Origin: Cladosporium halotolerans | Lineage: Eukaryota | Length of the DNA: 64,000 nucleotides | Direction of reading: 5' to 3' | NCBI RefSeq assembly: GCF_011745625.1 | Contig: NW_027191452.1 | Location: forward strand, 992,001-1,056,000 | In this document: positions 47,879 through 59,370 of the stretch, one piece after another | How positions within the stretch are numbered: position 1 is the first letter of the stretch | Layout: every line of letters begins with the position of its first letter | Program-made: the position numbers and the translations under genes | The notes under the pieces: generated by a model | The model's database searches: none | The model's input: only the letters and a program-made list of their open reading frames with translations | Told to the model about the DNA's origin: nothing

Positions 47879-50152
47879 TCATCGTGAAATAGCCTGACGT
47901 TTACTTCTGTCCGTGTCCGGCAAGTACAGAGGCATTGGTGACTCGGGAGGCGTGAGCATCGGATCATTGGGCTCGTAGTGACAGGAGAAGAGGCAAGGCC
48001 TGTCCTCGATCGGTGGCGGAGTCAGAGGGAATTCTGCCGGAACGTGGAATTCCAGCACCTTCTTGCTCGCGCGGGTATCGCCGTTGAGATGTCCGTTCGC
48101 CATCGTCCCTTTGATCTCGGCCATGACAGAAGCCCGAAGACTCGCCAGTAGACTTTCCTCTGCGCGCAGTCTGTAAATGTCCACGTTGTCGAAGTCCGAT
48201 GTCTCTTCTTCGTCTGGGCTTGCAATGAGGCGACGGTGAGTCGCGAAGCGCAGCGGCGTGCTTGCGACCTTGGTTTTGCGAACAAAGTCGAAGCGTCGCG
48301 TATGGTAACGAGTGGAGCGCGGCGACCAGAAGTCTTTACTCATCTCAGCCAGCTCATTCGCTCGCGCGGCCGCGAGGGCCGAGAGGGAAAGATCGACATT
48401 GCGTTTCCAATGGCCTTGACGGACGATGCCGTCTTTGAGGAGGATGGCGACATGGCTCGTGATGTATTCGTCGAGCTCGGCTCCAGTCCCGGGGAAGATG
48501 AAATCGATAAGACCCAATCGGCGGGCTTGCAAGGGGCTCATGGGTAACATCGCTGTTAACATGTTCCTCGCAGCTGCTTCGCCACATCGGCCGTGGTAGG
48601 AAATGGTATGATACTCCGATCCATAGAGACCGACGGCGCGATAAGCAGGGTTGAGAACGACTTCCGCTCCTGCGATGACAAAATCGCAAGCTGTTGCCAG
48701 TGCCACGCCACCTGCAGCAGCGTTGCCTCTCATAGCTGCGACGGTGAGGATGTTGCGAGATGGAAACTCATGCAAGAGGTACTGCACGACATCATCAATG
48801 CGATTGATGTTGAGCCAGGACTCTTGCGCTGGGTCTACAGCTGCTTCGATGACGTTCAAGGCAATGCCGTTGCTGAAATATGAGCCACCCATCAACACAA
48901 CAGCACGAATGCTGTCATCAATAGCTGCTTGGTTCAAGATGTAGTCCATCGCTTCAATAAGTCTGGAACATTGGCTTGTACTCATAGCTCCGTTGTAGAA
49001 CTCGAAGTGGAGGTAGGCGGTCTTGTTGAGGTATTCGTCAACAGCAAAGCGCACCCAGACTTCTTGTTGAGTACTTCCTAGTGTCGGAGCGAAATTGGCA
49101 GGAGACGAGATGGTAAGCTCGTCGACGATGTCAGAGCTCAGTATACCCATCTCCATGAGACCCGAAACAGCTGGAACTTTGGGCCAAAGTGACTTGTCGT
49201 TCTTGGTCTTGGGCCGACGAATGTGAGAAATCCAGACACCCTTACCGTCAGCCGCAGAGATGCAGACGGCACCATCACGGACGGCCAAGAGCTTGGTAGA
49301 AGTCTTGTTCAGAGTGATTGACCTCACATCTCCCAGTGTGTCGTCGATCAGACCACCGTACAGGTACACATTGGGGCCGAATATTTTACTCATGGTGCCC
49401 GGCTGTGAATCTGCACATCTAATGCGACGAGAGATCTGCTGAGCGGTGTGTCGGGTAGTATCGAAGCTGGCAAAGGATGCTCGCAGAAGAGGCCTGACGT
49501 GCGTGGCACCGCCTTGAAACGGAGTGCGGTCGGAGACAGACAACTGTCCATACTCGGGCTTGGCCTTCAAACCGGGACCGTAAGGCTCAAGAAACCTTTG
49601 ACCTTGTTTGAGTGATGATGAGGCCTGCTCGATACGCTGAATAGCTGCCAGTGTTGCCGCAATCGCTGCTTGAGTGACATCACCTCGATAGAGAGAGGAC
49701 TTGGTCAATTTCGGGTCGTTGATGTTCACTGAGAACTGATCGAAGGCCCAGATTGGCCCAGCGTCGAACTCTTCAATTGCTTGTAAAACCGTCACCGCCC
49801 AGTGCGACCGACCAGTCGAGAGGGTCCCTTCTTCGAAACGTCGCAGTAGAATCGCAGGGTCTTCGATGGACCCGTCGTCTCCCAAAAGCAACCATTCGAT
49901 CGAACTTGGACCTGCATCCCCAGGCGCTCCTGGGTGAACGATGAGGGTCATGAAGTTTTCATAGATCTCCTTTGGTACTAATGTGGTAAGGAAAGGACAA
50001 AGGACAAGGTCAGGTTTGGCGAGCGCCACAGCCTCCAGCATGATGTCGTCAGATAGCGCATACTCGATGGTAACTTCGTGAGACCTCGAAAGAGCAAGGT
50101 AAAGGCGTTGCGAAAGTGAGTTGTGCGCCGTGCACAGAAAGAGGATCTTCAT
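47879..50152 (-). CDS. hypX: HypX/HoxX-like protein: N10-formyl-THF formyltransferase domain + enoyl-CoA hydratase/crotonase domain (757 aa, intronless)
   Basis: MKILFLCTAHNSLSQRL start, IVHPGAPGDAGPSSIEW, VTVLQAIEEFDAGPIWA, KSSLYR, IRCADSQPG, FYNGAMSTSQC, FSNGIALN, NAAAGGVALA and LNPAYRAVGLYGSEY, all characteristic of HoxX/HypX. Confidence 0.9.
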   Translation of the reverse strand: MKILFLCTAHNSLSQRLYLALSRSHEVTIEYALSDDIMLEAVALAKPDLVLCPFLTTLVPKEIYENFMTLIVHPGAPGDAGPSSIEWLLLGDDGSIEDPAILLRRFEEGTLSTGRSHWAVTVLQAIEEFDAGPIWAFDQFSVNINDPKLTKSSLYRGDVTQAAIAATLAAIQRIEQASSSLKQGQRFLEPYGPGLKAKPEYGQLSVSDRTPFQGGATHVRPLLRASFASFDTTRHTAQQISRRIRCADSQPGTMSKIFGPNVYLYGGLIDDTLGDVRSITLNKTSTKLLAVRDGAVCISAADGKGVWISHIRRPKTKNDKSLWPKVPAVSGLMEMGILSSDIVDELTISSPANFAPTLGSTQQEVWVRFAVDEYLNKTAYLHFEFYNGAMSTSQCSRLIEAMDYILNQAAIDDSIRAVVLMGGSYFSNGIALNVIEAAVDPAQESWLNINRIDDVVQYLLHEFPSRNILTVAAMRGNAAAGGVALATACDFVIAGAEVVLNPAYRAVGLYGSEYHTISYHGRCGEAAARNMLTAMLPMSPLQARRLGLIDFIFPGTGAELDEYITSHVAILLKDGIVRQGHWKRNVDLSLSALAAARANELAEMSKDFWSPRSTRYHTRRFDFVRKTKVASTPLRFATHRRLIASPDEEETSDFDNVDIYRLRAEESLLASLRASVMAEIKGTMANGHLNGDTRASKKVLEFHVPAEFPLTPPPIEDRPCLFSCHYEPNDPMLTPPESPMPLYLPDTDRSKRQAISR

Positions 50153-52306
50153 GTTGATCGATGATGTAGAGGCGTAAGAAGATGAGGTCTGATACAACAG
50201 TCCTAAGGACTTGGAGCTTGCAGATGAGGAAATCGAAGATCAGCGAGCGTGAAAGGGGTTTAAATTTTGGTCTGGGACTCGGCCGCGAGATACGTCCAGG
50301 ACCAGCGAGATTCCGCAGACACTCCACATATGTCAGAATAAGGCAAAATTGCTCGGCAACTCAGATATACACTGAGTCTCGTGGTTGCCTTGTGCCGTTC
50401 CAGATCGCCGATTCAAAGGTTGATTCAAGCAAAGTATCGAATACGTACTAACATGGACTCCATCCCCGGGAGACACACGGGGACCTAGTCCCGTAGCGTT
50501 GTGTATCTCGCAGCTGCAAAGGCGAACAGGAACGATAGGCCTGGGCCCATGAGGCAAAAAAGGCGACACTGAGGACAGGAGTCAACATGTGAGATTTTTG
50601 CAGAAGTGCTACTTCCCATGCTCGTGTAATTGCAGCAGGTGTTACAGTTGATGCCTTCGTAGTTCGTGCTAGGCACGATATGTCCAGGCTCGAAGGTCGA
50701 CGCATTTGACCGACGCGTCGATGAGGTTTACGATCGAACATCAGATCGAAGTGTGCATTGCCGGACGGATCGGCCGTGTGCGCTTTCATCGCTGATGTTT
50801 CAAGATTTCATGGAACGTGACCTTCGGCCATATTCAGAGTTCTCATCGCGTTGACCCACGTGTCCAGAATTCGTGCGATGGCCTTCGCTGAGCCTTGTGC
50901 GTTGTGATATTCAGGTGAGCCCTCGGTGAGAACCTAGACAAATGCCGATGATATGGCCAGTATTAGAAGAAGACGCACAAAGTCCCTGATGGCATCGCCA
51001 CACATGCTCGGTGTCGTCGAATGATCGCCCCGAAAAGGGCAATGCGGCAAAAGGAAGCGATTGGAAGACGTGGTATCTTGATCTGGCTGGACTCCCTATC
51101 AAGTATCCGGAGTACAATTGGGGTCCTTGCATCGTGAAAGGTGAGCATGTGGACACCTGGGAGTGTCACTGCGGACCAGACCTAACTCGAAAGGCTTCGA
51201 CCGGCATGGACAAGCAGCGGAAAGGTGTTCCCCGATAGCACTATGACCTGGTGGTGTGGTGGGTTGATCGCCTCATTTCGACCAGAACACGGAAGGTGTA
51301 GGATGGCTCGCATCCTACCAGAAATGTGTCATGGCTGGGTATCATACTCGACTCTGACTACACGGAGCTCGAGCGGTAGGTTTGACGCAGTATGTCTCAT
51401 ATGTAGCGCTATTCCAACAACGGCTCCGACGAGTATGTTTGACCTTGCTATCCGATCATTCAGCAAGCGAAAGGAATAGCGGTGGTGGTTGGAATGCGCT
51501 GGTTCCCATGTCGTGGAACTGGAACACGGTGGCGAATCCGGCCTGGATGTCCCAGTCAAAAGCTGAGTTGCGAATTCTAGGTGAGAGTACCAGGCGTCTT
51601 TCGTGTCCATTGCGCGTGAGCCTCCGCCCTCACGAAAAGCAGAGAGTCGAGCAAGTTTTTGCGTGTTCGTAGGAGTGTGGTGGTGGTGGCTGAGGTTGTC
51701 AGTCGTCTGCCTCCCCCACACTCTTCTGCTGCACATGCCCTGCAGCCGACGCCTTGTGGGCTGGGCTGCGGTCAACACGCGTGGCCAAGGGGACATTCGA
51801 AAGTAAGACGTGGTTGCCTTCAACATCTTGGTTCTCCGGAGCTGCTCGAAGGCGAGATATTGATAGTCTCCAATACCTTCCAGAACATACGGCCAAGATT
51901 CGTAGAATCATCTGGCATTGCGATGGGACCGCGGCCATTTGCCAACATCCAGCGAAACTTGGTTCTGTGTGGCGGTCAAACTTGAACAACACATCCAAAT
52001 TGCAACCATACCTCTTCTCACTGTGTGAGGTCGGCGAGCCTCGGCTTCGATTGAGGAATGGCATCTTCAGCATGTGACAGTGTTACCACCGCGAGGGCCG
52101 CCATAGAATGACGCGAGTGATGCCTTGATTTCTTGGACTCCCAAGCTTCCGAGGCCCGTCACGATCGAGGATTGTGGACGTAAGAACTGGAAGTGATCGA
52201 TTGATGCGCTTCGGCATGTATGCAATATGTATTATGTAATGATCCATCATTTGTTAAATCATCGCTCGAACGCTCAACCATAGTCGCTGGAAACATAATC
52301 TTAACT

Positions 52307-54086
52307 TCATTTACCATCGAAAGTCTCCGCCTGTGTCGTGACTCCATGTTTCCTGTCGACCGATGTTCTGCTCCCATTGACACTCTCCGTAAACACGTCG
52401 ACCTCAGTCGACGCAAACTTCCTCGCACTAATCCTGCGCTCGAACAGCAGGTCCATCTCTGCGAACGTGCGACCAGCGGGCTCAGGCAGGCGGAAGTAGG
52501 CGTAGATGATGCAGCAGAAGCAGATGCCGGCCCAGAAGAAACCGGCGTAGTTACCCCAGTTCCATGCGCTGGGGTTGAGCATATACGGCGTGAGGACGCT
52601 GTTGATGATTGCGACCACGTTATAAGCGTTTCTGCCCAAAACGACGGTCTTGATCTGTAGTCGTCGGGTAGACATCTCGGCTACGAGGCTGTAGCAGACT
52701 GTACCAACTGTGAGCTGGTAGACGAGAGCCCAGACGATCATCATACTGCCAGTCGCGATAGCGGAGGAGTCGCGCTGCGAATCGGGCGTTAGACCGAGGA
52801 AGCCCATTATGAAGAGCATGATGCATAGGCCGCAGAGACCATAGACGTATAGAGAGCGGCGGCCAAGCCCGAAGGTCATGAGAAACCAAGCGCCGAATAC
52901 GCCAACCATGTTGATAGCGTATTGACCCATGGCGAAGGAGTAAGACGACTTCTCGTCAAGGCCGGCCTGCTGAAGGAAGTATGTGGAATAATTGCTGAAA
53001 CTGTTGCCGCTGAGGTTTTGAATTGCCCAGGTCATACAGACAATTTCGGTCCTCCGGAGGTCGATGCCTTTGAAACAGTCGAGGTACGAAGCACCACTTG
53101 TGATCTTCTTTTCCAGCGTCGTCGTGTGCACCATCATAGAGATCGTCTCATCTGCGTCGAAGTCGGTCTCGCGGTTCAAACTTGTCAAGCGGAGAAGGGA
53201 TTTCTTTGCGTCTGCGATGCGACCCTTGCGGACAAGCCACCAAGGAGATTCGGGAGCGAATGCAATGCCGAGACCCAGGGGTAGGGGCCACATCCACTGC
53301 AAAGCGAAAGGGATTCGGTAGGCCCAGTGGTCGTGGCGGTCCAGCATTGCTCTGATCACGCCGATCGCGATGAGCTGACCAAGACCCCAGCAGAAGTTGA
53401 CGTAAGTGGTAAGGTAGCCTCGAAGTGCGACGGGGCATCTGTCAGATGATTAGCATACCTGCTCATGCCGTGTTCGATGCATGGATGACTTACACTTCTG
53501 ACGCATAAGTGACAGTGAGAGTCTGGAACACACCCCAAGGGATGCCGCACAGGATCTCTGCCACTAATAGTGTTTGGACGTTCTGTGCCGTGAAGAAGAT
53601 TGCCGTGAAGCCCGTGATCAAGACCAAGCAGCCAAGCACCGTGTACTTGTATCCGAGACGCTCAGAGATGATACCGTTCATGAACAGACCAATGATTTCG
53701 CCCACATTGGCACCGTTAGAAAGACCCGCTTGCCATGCAGCAGGAATCTGCCACGAGCCATCTGGCTGCTGGACGCCGAACTTCTCGTTGAAGGCCTGGA
53801 AACCGTAGAGATTGTTGATGAGGGCGATATCGAACCCCTCCATAACGATCAGGGTAGAGATCAAAACCGACCAACCGATAGCTTTCGGGTACAGCTTGAT
53901 GCCTTGCAGAAGGGTCATACTTTGTTCTTTCTCGGTGGCGGACTTGGCGTTGAGCATGGTTTCCGTTTTGATGTTGTTCGGCTCCAGCTCGTCGCCAGTG
54001 GGCACCCTCGAAGGCGCTCCATAGTTCTCAACATCACTATTCGTGGTTTCGTGGTTGGGCTGGGCACGCCCGGCCAGGTCTGCCAT
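52307..54086 (-). CDS. MFS sugar porter, maltose/alpha-glucoside permease (MAL31/MalP-like; intron 53493-53439)
   Basis: LYPKAIGWS..MEGFD, GIPWGVFQTLTVTYASEV|CPVALRGYLTTYVNFCW, PESPWWLVRKG, RRTEI and ISARKF. First ATG at 54086 (54101 is GTG). Confidence 0.93.
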
Positions 54087-54924
54087 CGTGTGGTTTGCCA
54101 CAAGTCCGAACGATGCTTCCCACCACGATCAACGCCAAGAAATGCTGGTGACAGGCTCAAGAGATTATGGAGGGTATCAAAGACGTGGAGGCACGGGGTG
54201 AAATGAGCAATGTGGAGAGGTGGAGAGATAATAACTACAATGCGTGAGGAGCGGCGACTCGAAGTCTTTTGAGCGCGGATGCGTCGGCGTGCTAGGGGTC
54301 CCGTCATCTGGACTTGAAAGCGGTGGGGTGGAATGGAAGAACATGCTTGCGAGATTGCTGGCCAGCTTCACGCCGATGAAGTCTCAAGAGCTTCCAAACA
54401 TGCTTGTAAACCCTTGCGAGCGTGCCAATGCCATGCAAAGATCTGAACTATCATACCCGACGGCAATTTCAGTGACGAGGCCTGGTGCAAATCGTTACAT
54501 GAAGGAAGTAGTGGTGGAGGAGTGTTCGACGCGGAGAAACCCTGCGGTCGGACACTGCCCAATTCACGTGCACTGGCCAAAGAATGACCTCACGCTCGCC
54601 GCCCAACGTTCATTAGCGCTTGGAGAGTAGGATCGCGGCCATACGTTTTTCCGGGCCTCCGAAGCAGATGTGCAGCAGAGACGAAGGCCGGATAGAACGG
54701 ATGTTGCGTGGGAAAACTGATAATGACGAAGTGATCTAACATGGATCCAGCCATGCGACAGTATCAGTAATGGTACTACTAAACGACGAGAGAGAAGGCG
54801 TCAATTCAGGCAAGGCAAAAATAATAATGTTGCATGTTTGTTCAAGTATCGACTTCTGTAGCTGCTGTTGAGCTCGCTGCACTCAAGCCCGCAAGACACC
54901 CGGTCTTTGCCATCGAAGGAATCA

Positions 54925-57480
54925 TCAGATTTTTCTTCTCTTCTTCTTTGCCTCATCCTCCCCGTCATCGGCGTTATTCAATGCCAAATCTCTCTCTGCG
55001 CCCCTCCAGTCTCGCATGCGAGCCTCGACATCATCGAACATCTCTCGTGTATCCGCGACCATGCCGTCCTCGCCGGGGTTGAACATGACGGCATTGGCAA
55101 GCATGTGCATGACTTCTCGCTCCAACTGCGAACCGTTGACGATGGCCTTTGGCGGCATGTGGTCGACCGAACGCTCAAGCTCCACAGTCGTGCTGCTGCT
55201 GTCTGCGACCCGTGCGGGTGTTCCTGTAGGTGAATCTTCTACATGGCTCGTGGTCGCGGCGGTGATAGCACGGGTACCAGCTGTGATGGCGGCGCGAATG
55301 GACTTGAGATCGCGGGGTTTCTTGATAATCTCACTGTAACCAACAGCATGCTTGTCACGCACAGGGACCGAGAAGCGAGAGCCGTGTTTATGGCTGCTGA
55401 TGTCGTTCATGATAGTCGAAGACATCTTGCTGAAGTTCCGGGTGGCCGTGATCGTGGCTTTGCGAGGTGCGGGCTCTGGAGTCGCATCCTCATCCTCATC
55501 GCGAGATTGTTGTCGCTTTCGTTTCGGCTGCGCCGGAGGTTGAGTAAGAGTGCCGCGGCGAGTGCGTTTCGTGCTGCCAGTGACAGAAAGTCGGTCCGAA
55601 TCTTCGACCTCGTGAAGCCCGTCTCCGAGGGCTGAAGGTTCATTCTTGACGCGGCGCCGGCTAGCCGGTCGATCTTCTGATGCGGGAATAGAGCTGACGG
55701 ACTGACTCCTAGTCGCCCGCATAGAACCCTCAACCGCCGAAGATGCGACACTACTTTCACGAGCCTGGCGGTTGCTTTTCCGCGTTCCTTTTTTGGGCTG
55801 CGCAGATGCCGGTTCCAGGGGCTCCAACATTTGGTCTTTGACTGAGGCAGTTGATCGCACAGGAGATGCCGCGCGGGGACGTGGCGGACTAAGAGGCTCA
55901 ATATCCCTGACTGGACGCTTGGGAGAACCTGGGGCCTTGAACGACGGGGGCGGTGGTTTTCTCTCGCTCTTCCAAAGCCGCTGGCGGATCGGCTGAGGGG
56001 GAGTACCAAGTTTTGTGAGGATATCAGACAGCAGTTGACGATTTTGAGGTGGCTGCAAACGCGGAGCCGTAGCCGGTGCGACCGGTTGTTGGTAAGGGTA
56101 GACAGGTGCTCTGCCACCGTATGGTGGTGTCTGTTGTCCTCGCGATGCTTGTTGGACCATGGCCTGCTGATGGGGCGTCTTTGCTGGCTCCTGCGGGGCG
56201 ACTTGGAAGGGAGGCAACATGTATCCTCCGGCGTGAGGAGGCTGTCCAGGGTAGACATGCGCAGGATGTCCAGGCGGGGGGTTATGGTAAGCGGTCCGGC
56301 GGTCTGGGTATGGCTGCTGTTGGTAGTAGCCTGGCGGCGCGGGGTGATGCTGCGCGGCATATGGCCGTTGCTGACGATCAGCTGTTGGAGTGCCCGTTGG
56401 CGTTTGGAAGCGATGCTGTGGGGAGTACGGCGAGTGTTGTTGGGGATACTGCGGTTGTGGTGGCACGTTCGGAGGTGGCCCGTGATGCATATTTGGCGAG
56501 CCAGGATGAGGCGCGCCCTTCATTCCGGGTGGCGGAGGCAGGACTGGCCGTGGAGATGCAGAGGCCCTGTTTACAGCTTCTTGAACACGCGGGCTGCTGA
56601 CAGCGCTGGAGGGCTGATGAGAGTGATTTGGTGGATACGGAGCCGGGTGGCCAGTTGGTGGCGAAGGTTGCACGCCATGATTAGCATGATACTTGGGTGG
56701 AATGCCGAACCTAGGAGACTGCGGAGCCATCTCTGACAAAGGCGGCAACGGTGTGTTTGACGACGTTCTACGATGTCCTGCGTTGGCATCCTGAGATTCA
56801 GGTCCATGGTTGATCACTGCATCGATTTTCGCATGGGAGTAGCGTTTGGGCTGGTCTTGAACATTCAAGTCCTTAGAGACCTGAGGCGAGCTGGGACTGG
56901 CGGCTGCAGAAGCCTGGACCTGTGAGTGTTCGCGAGGATTGGGAGCGTCCTGAGAGGGCACAGTCGAAGAAGGCCTCGGGCTTTCCGCCTTCGTCGCAGC
57001 TGTCGACGATTCCTGTGATGCACCAACGTCACCAGCGGCATCGTGTTCCCGTTCGTACAATCGAATGTCCTTGACTGCATTTTCCCGGTACCGTGCATAA
57101 AGTCTCATGACCAGCTGTGGAATGAGATGCACATGCTGAGCAGCATCGCGCACTGTCGGCAGGCTCGGGCTGGGAGCCTTGCGCTTGCGCGAGATGGGTG
57201 TCGTGTCGCCATTTGGTGTCGCATGATTGCTGTTGTCGCCGGACGCTTGATCGAGGTCGCGCTTGACCTCTTCCTTCAACAAGCCGAGATACAGGCCCTG
57301 CAACGCGTCGGGTCCCAGGCGGGCAGGGTCATAGGATTTGTCCTGGGTCACGAGCGGTATGGCCTGCAGGTCTTGTGATATTTTCGAGAAGCTGGTGGAG
57401 TCGAAGCCATCGGCGCGCAGAGCCTGGAAGAGGAGCAACGACTCAAGCGGCGTGTAGGCAGCGGGGAGTGTTGCGTTCAT
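54925..57480 (-). CDS. Bromodomain-containing protein, BRD8/Bdc1-like (putative NuA4 subunit)
   Basis: N-terminal YTPLESLLLFQAL SANT-like segment, long Pro/Gln-rich middle, and a C-terminal bromodomain with an insertion (HKHGSRFSVPV..GYSEIIKKPRDLKSI..MLANAVMFN). Confidence 0.85.
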   Translation of the reverse strand: MNATLPAAYTPLESLLLFQALRADGFDSTSFSKISQDLQAIPLVTQDKSYDPARLGPDALQGLYLGLLKEEVKRDLDQASGDNSNHATPNGDTTPISRKRKAPSPSLPTVRDAAQHVHLIPQLVMRLYARYRENAVKDIRLYEREHDAAGDVGASQESSTAATKAESPRPSSTVPSQDAPNPREHSQVQASAAASPSSPQVSKDLNVQDQPKRYSHAKIDAVINHGPESQDANAGHRRTSSNTPLPPLSEMAPQSPRFGIPPKYHANHGVQPSPPTGHPAPYPPNHSHQPSSAVSSPRVQEAVNRASASPRPVLPPPPGMKGAPHPGSPNMHHGPPPNVPPQPQYPQQHSPYSPQHRFQTPTGTPTADRQQRPYAAQHHPAPPGYYQQQPYPDRRTAYHNPPPGHPAHVYPGQPPHAGGYMLPPFQVAPQEPAKTPHQQAMVQQASRGQQTPPYGGRAPVYPYQQPVAPATAPRLQPPQNRQLLSDILTKLGTPPQPIRQRLWKSERKPPPPSFKAPGSPKRPVRDIEPLSPPRPRAASPVRSTASVKDQMLEPLEPASAQPKKGTRKSNRQARESSVASSAVEGSMRATRSQSVSSIPASEDRPASRRRVKNEPSALGDGLHEVEDSDRLSVTGSTKRTRRGTLTQPPAQPKRKRQQSRDEDEDATPEPAPRKATITATRNFSKMSSTIMNDISSHKHGSRFSVPVRDKHAVGYSEIIKKPRDLKSIRAAITAGTRAITAATTSHVEDSPTGTPARVADSSSTTVELERSVDHMPPKAIVNGSQLEREVMHMLANAVMFNPGEDGMVADTREMFDDVEARMRDWRGAERDLALNNADDGEDEAKKKRRKI

Positions 57481-58429
57481 GTGGATGTGGGCGTGGACGT
57501 GGTCACGACGGGCGTTCGGGCGCAAGATGGCGGCAGCTGGGGAGCGAGCGGCGAGGCAGCCCTGCTCATCGTCCAGGCCGGTGGGCGCGCGCGGTAGGGA
57601 AGTCGGGTGTATGTCTCAAAGAAACATTGGATGGCGCTTTGCACGAGCCGGCGCGACCGATTGATGGAGGCGATGGGGGGAAGAGGCGCGGTGGTGGAAG
57701 GTGGTCGTCGCGACAGCGGTGCACGGCGCGATCGCTTGGTGGTCGCTTGGGCGTCGGCGCTGCCGCAGCCAGCCAGCCTGCTCAGGCACGTCAGGCACGT
57801 CTGGCTTTTTCCTACACGTCGCGGCCGTGGAGCGCCCGCGTCAGGCATCAGCCCGTGCAGGCCTCAGGCAGCCACAGGAGACCACCACAGCACTGGAGCT
57901 CGGCCCATGCGAGGGCAACTCCCAAACTGCGCGCCGCGGACACAGGAGCGTGACAGGGTCCAGCTAGGGAGCACAAGGCCCGGCAGGGCAGCGTGAGATC
58001 GGAACACGCCAGCTCGTGTGCTGCCACGCCCAATACCGCATCACACTTCCCACCCGCCCGCCTGAACTCGTGCTCTCCCCTCACCCTCCGCCCTTCCGTC
58101 TTCACACCCTCCTCCTATCCAGCCCTACCATACCACTCGTCCCTGCTCTTGCCTCGTGCACTCGCGCCCGCTCGACCTTGTCCCGGTGGGGCCTCCTTGC
58201 TTGAGCGCTCAAGACTGATATTACCCCCCTTCTCCTTAAACGGTAGCCGCCTGCTTTCCGGTATTACCTGATCATTGCTTGTGATCTGCTCATCTCCACA
58301 ACCACCGCTGCCACTACTCAAGCTTGCTCTATCTCCAACCGCTTTCCATTCCCTCGCCGCCAGCTCACCCGCGACCCCGCCGACACAGCCTTATCCCCTT
58401 CCACGGCTGCCGATTCACTACCCGCAAAC

Positions 58430-59037
58430 ATGTCTGGCGGAAAACGTCCCGAATCGTGAGAAATAGTGTTACCCATCTTAGCATGTGTCATTGGTTGACC
58501 AGTCTTGCAGCTCCATCGCTCAGAGCTTCGCCGCAGACCTGGATAGCATGTTTGGCCTGTCTACCGAAGGTAGCCTTGGATCCAGCGACCTTTCCCAGGC
58601 TTTGCAGGAGCAGTATGTGTCATGAGTTGCGCCAATCGTACAATTGGCAATTTGCTTACACGTCCGCCCGCAGGAAGCAAACCCTCACATCTAAAGCCGC
58701 TGAGCTCGAGGAGCTCGAGGCTAAGCTCAAGGCCACGGAAGAGCGTCTCGCGAAGTCCCGCAACGCATCTCCTGCACGGCAAGCAAATGTAGGCGCGCAC
58801 CGCCTGCCGCCCTCTCAGCAACCCGCAGACCCCACCCAGAAATCCGGTCATCCTCTCGCACAAAAGCCCAGCTACCCGCCTGACAGGCCGCCGACTGCCA
58901 GAGCAGACACACAGGCTTTGATGTCGGGAATGCCGGGACACATGCCGCCGCCAACTCCGCAAGAATACAACAGCGGCAACAATGAATACGTGGTGGTGGA
59001 CAAGAACGCTAGCGGTTATGGGCAATCAGTCCGGTGA
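58430..59037 (+). CDS. Small conserved fungal coiled-coil protein (3 exons; introns about 58456-58510 and 58613-58673)
   Basis: MSGGKRPE|SSIAQSFAADLDSMFGL..QALQE|QKQTLTSKAAELEELEAKLKATEERL, joined by GTGAGA..CAG and GTATGT..CAG introns. Confidence 0.7.
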
Positions 59038-59370
59038 AGACGGAGGAGATACGAGGTAACATGGAATCATAAGGGGCATCATGGAGTGCACGTCAGGTAT
59101 CTGCAAATGCGATCAAAGCGTGACTAAGAGCTGCGGTGGCATTTTTGCATGACGAAAATCGGGTCGTCCGAGGCGCGGGAAGAATGTTCATGGCGACGTG
59201 CGGCCACGTGCGGCCAATTGCTTAGCACAGATCTAGCTACATCATAATACGTTCGAACATGCTGGGAGAAGACACCTGCAGCATCGAATTGACCTTGAAA
59301 CCACAAAATTCAAAGTACCTGGAACGCCTCGGCGCCACGCTGAAAGATCACATCCACCATAAGGTCCTTC

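Noticed and set aside
50942..51380. Stop-riddled frame containing NVSWLGIILDS, reminiscent of a LINE reverse-transcriptase thumb motif or a decayed gene
   Set aside because: Only a single short resemblance, with no YADD motif, endonuclease, poly-A tail or target-site duplication. Needs tblastx/RepeatMasker.
1394..54086. Amylase plus maltose permease as a starch-utilisation cluster
   Set aside because: They are about 49 kb apart, separated by housekeeping genes, with no alpha-glucosidase or AmyR/MalR gene. The amylase looks GPI-anchored.
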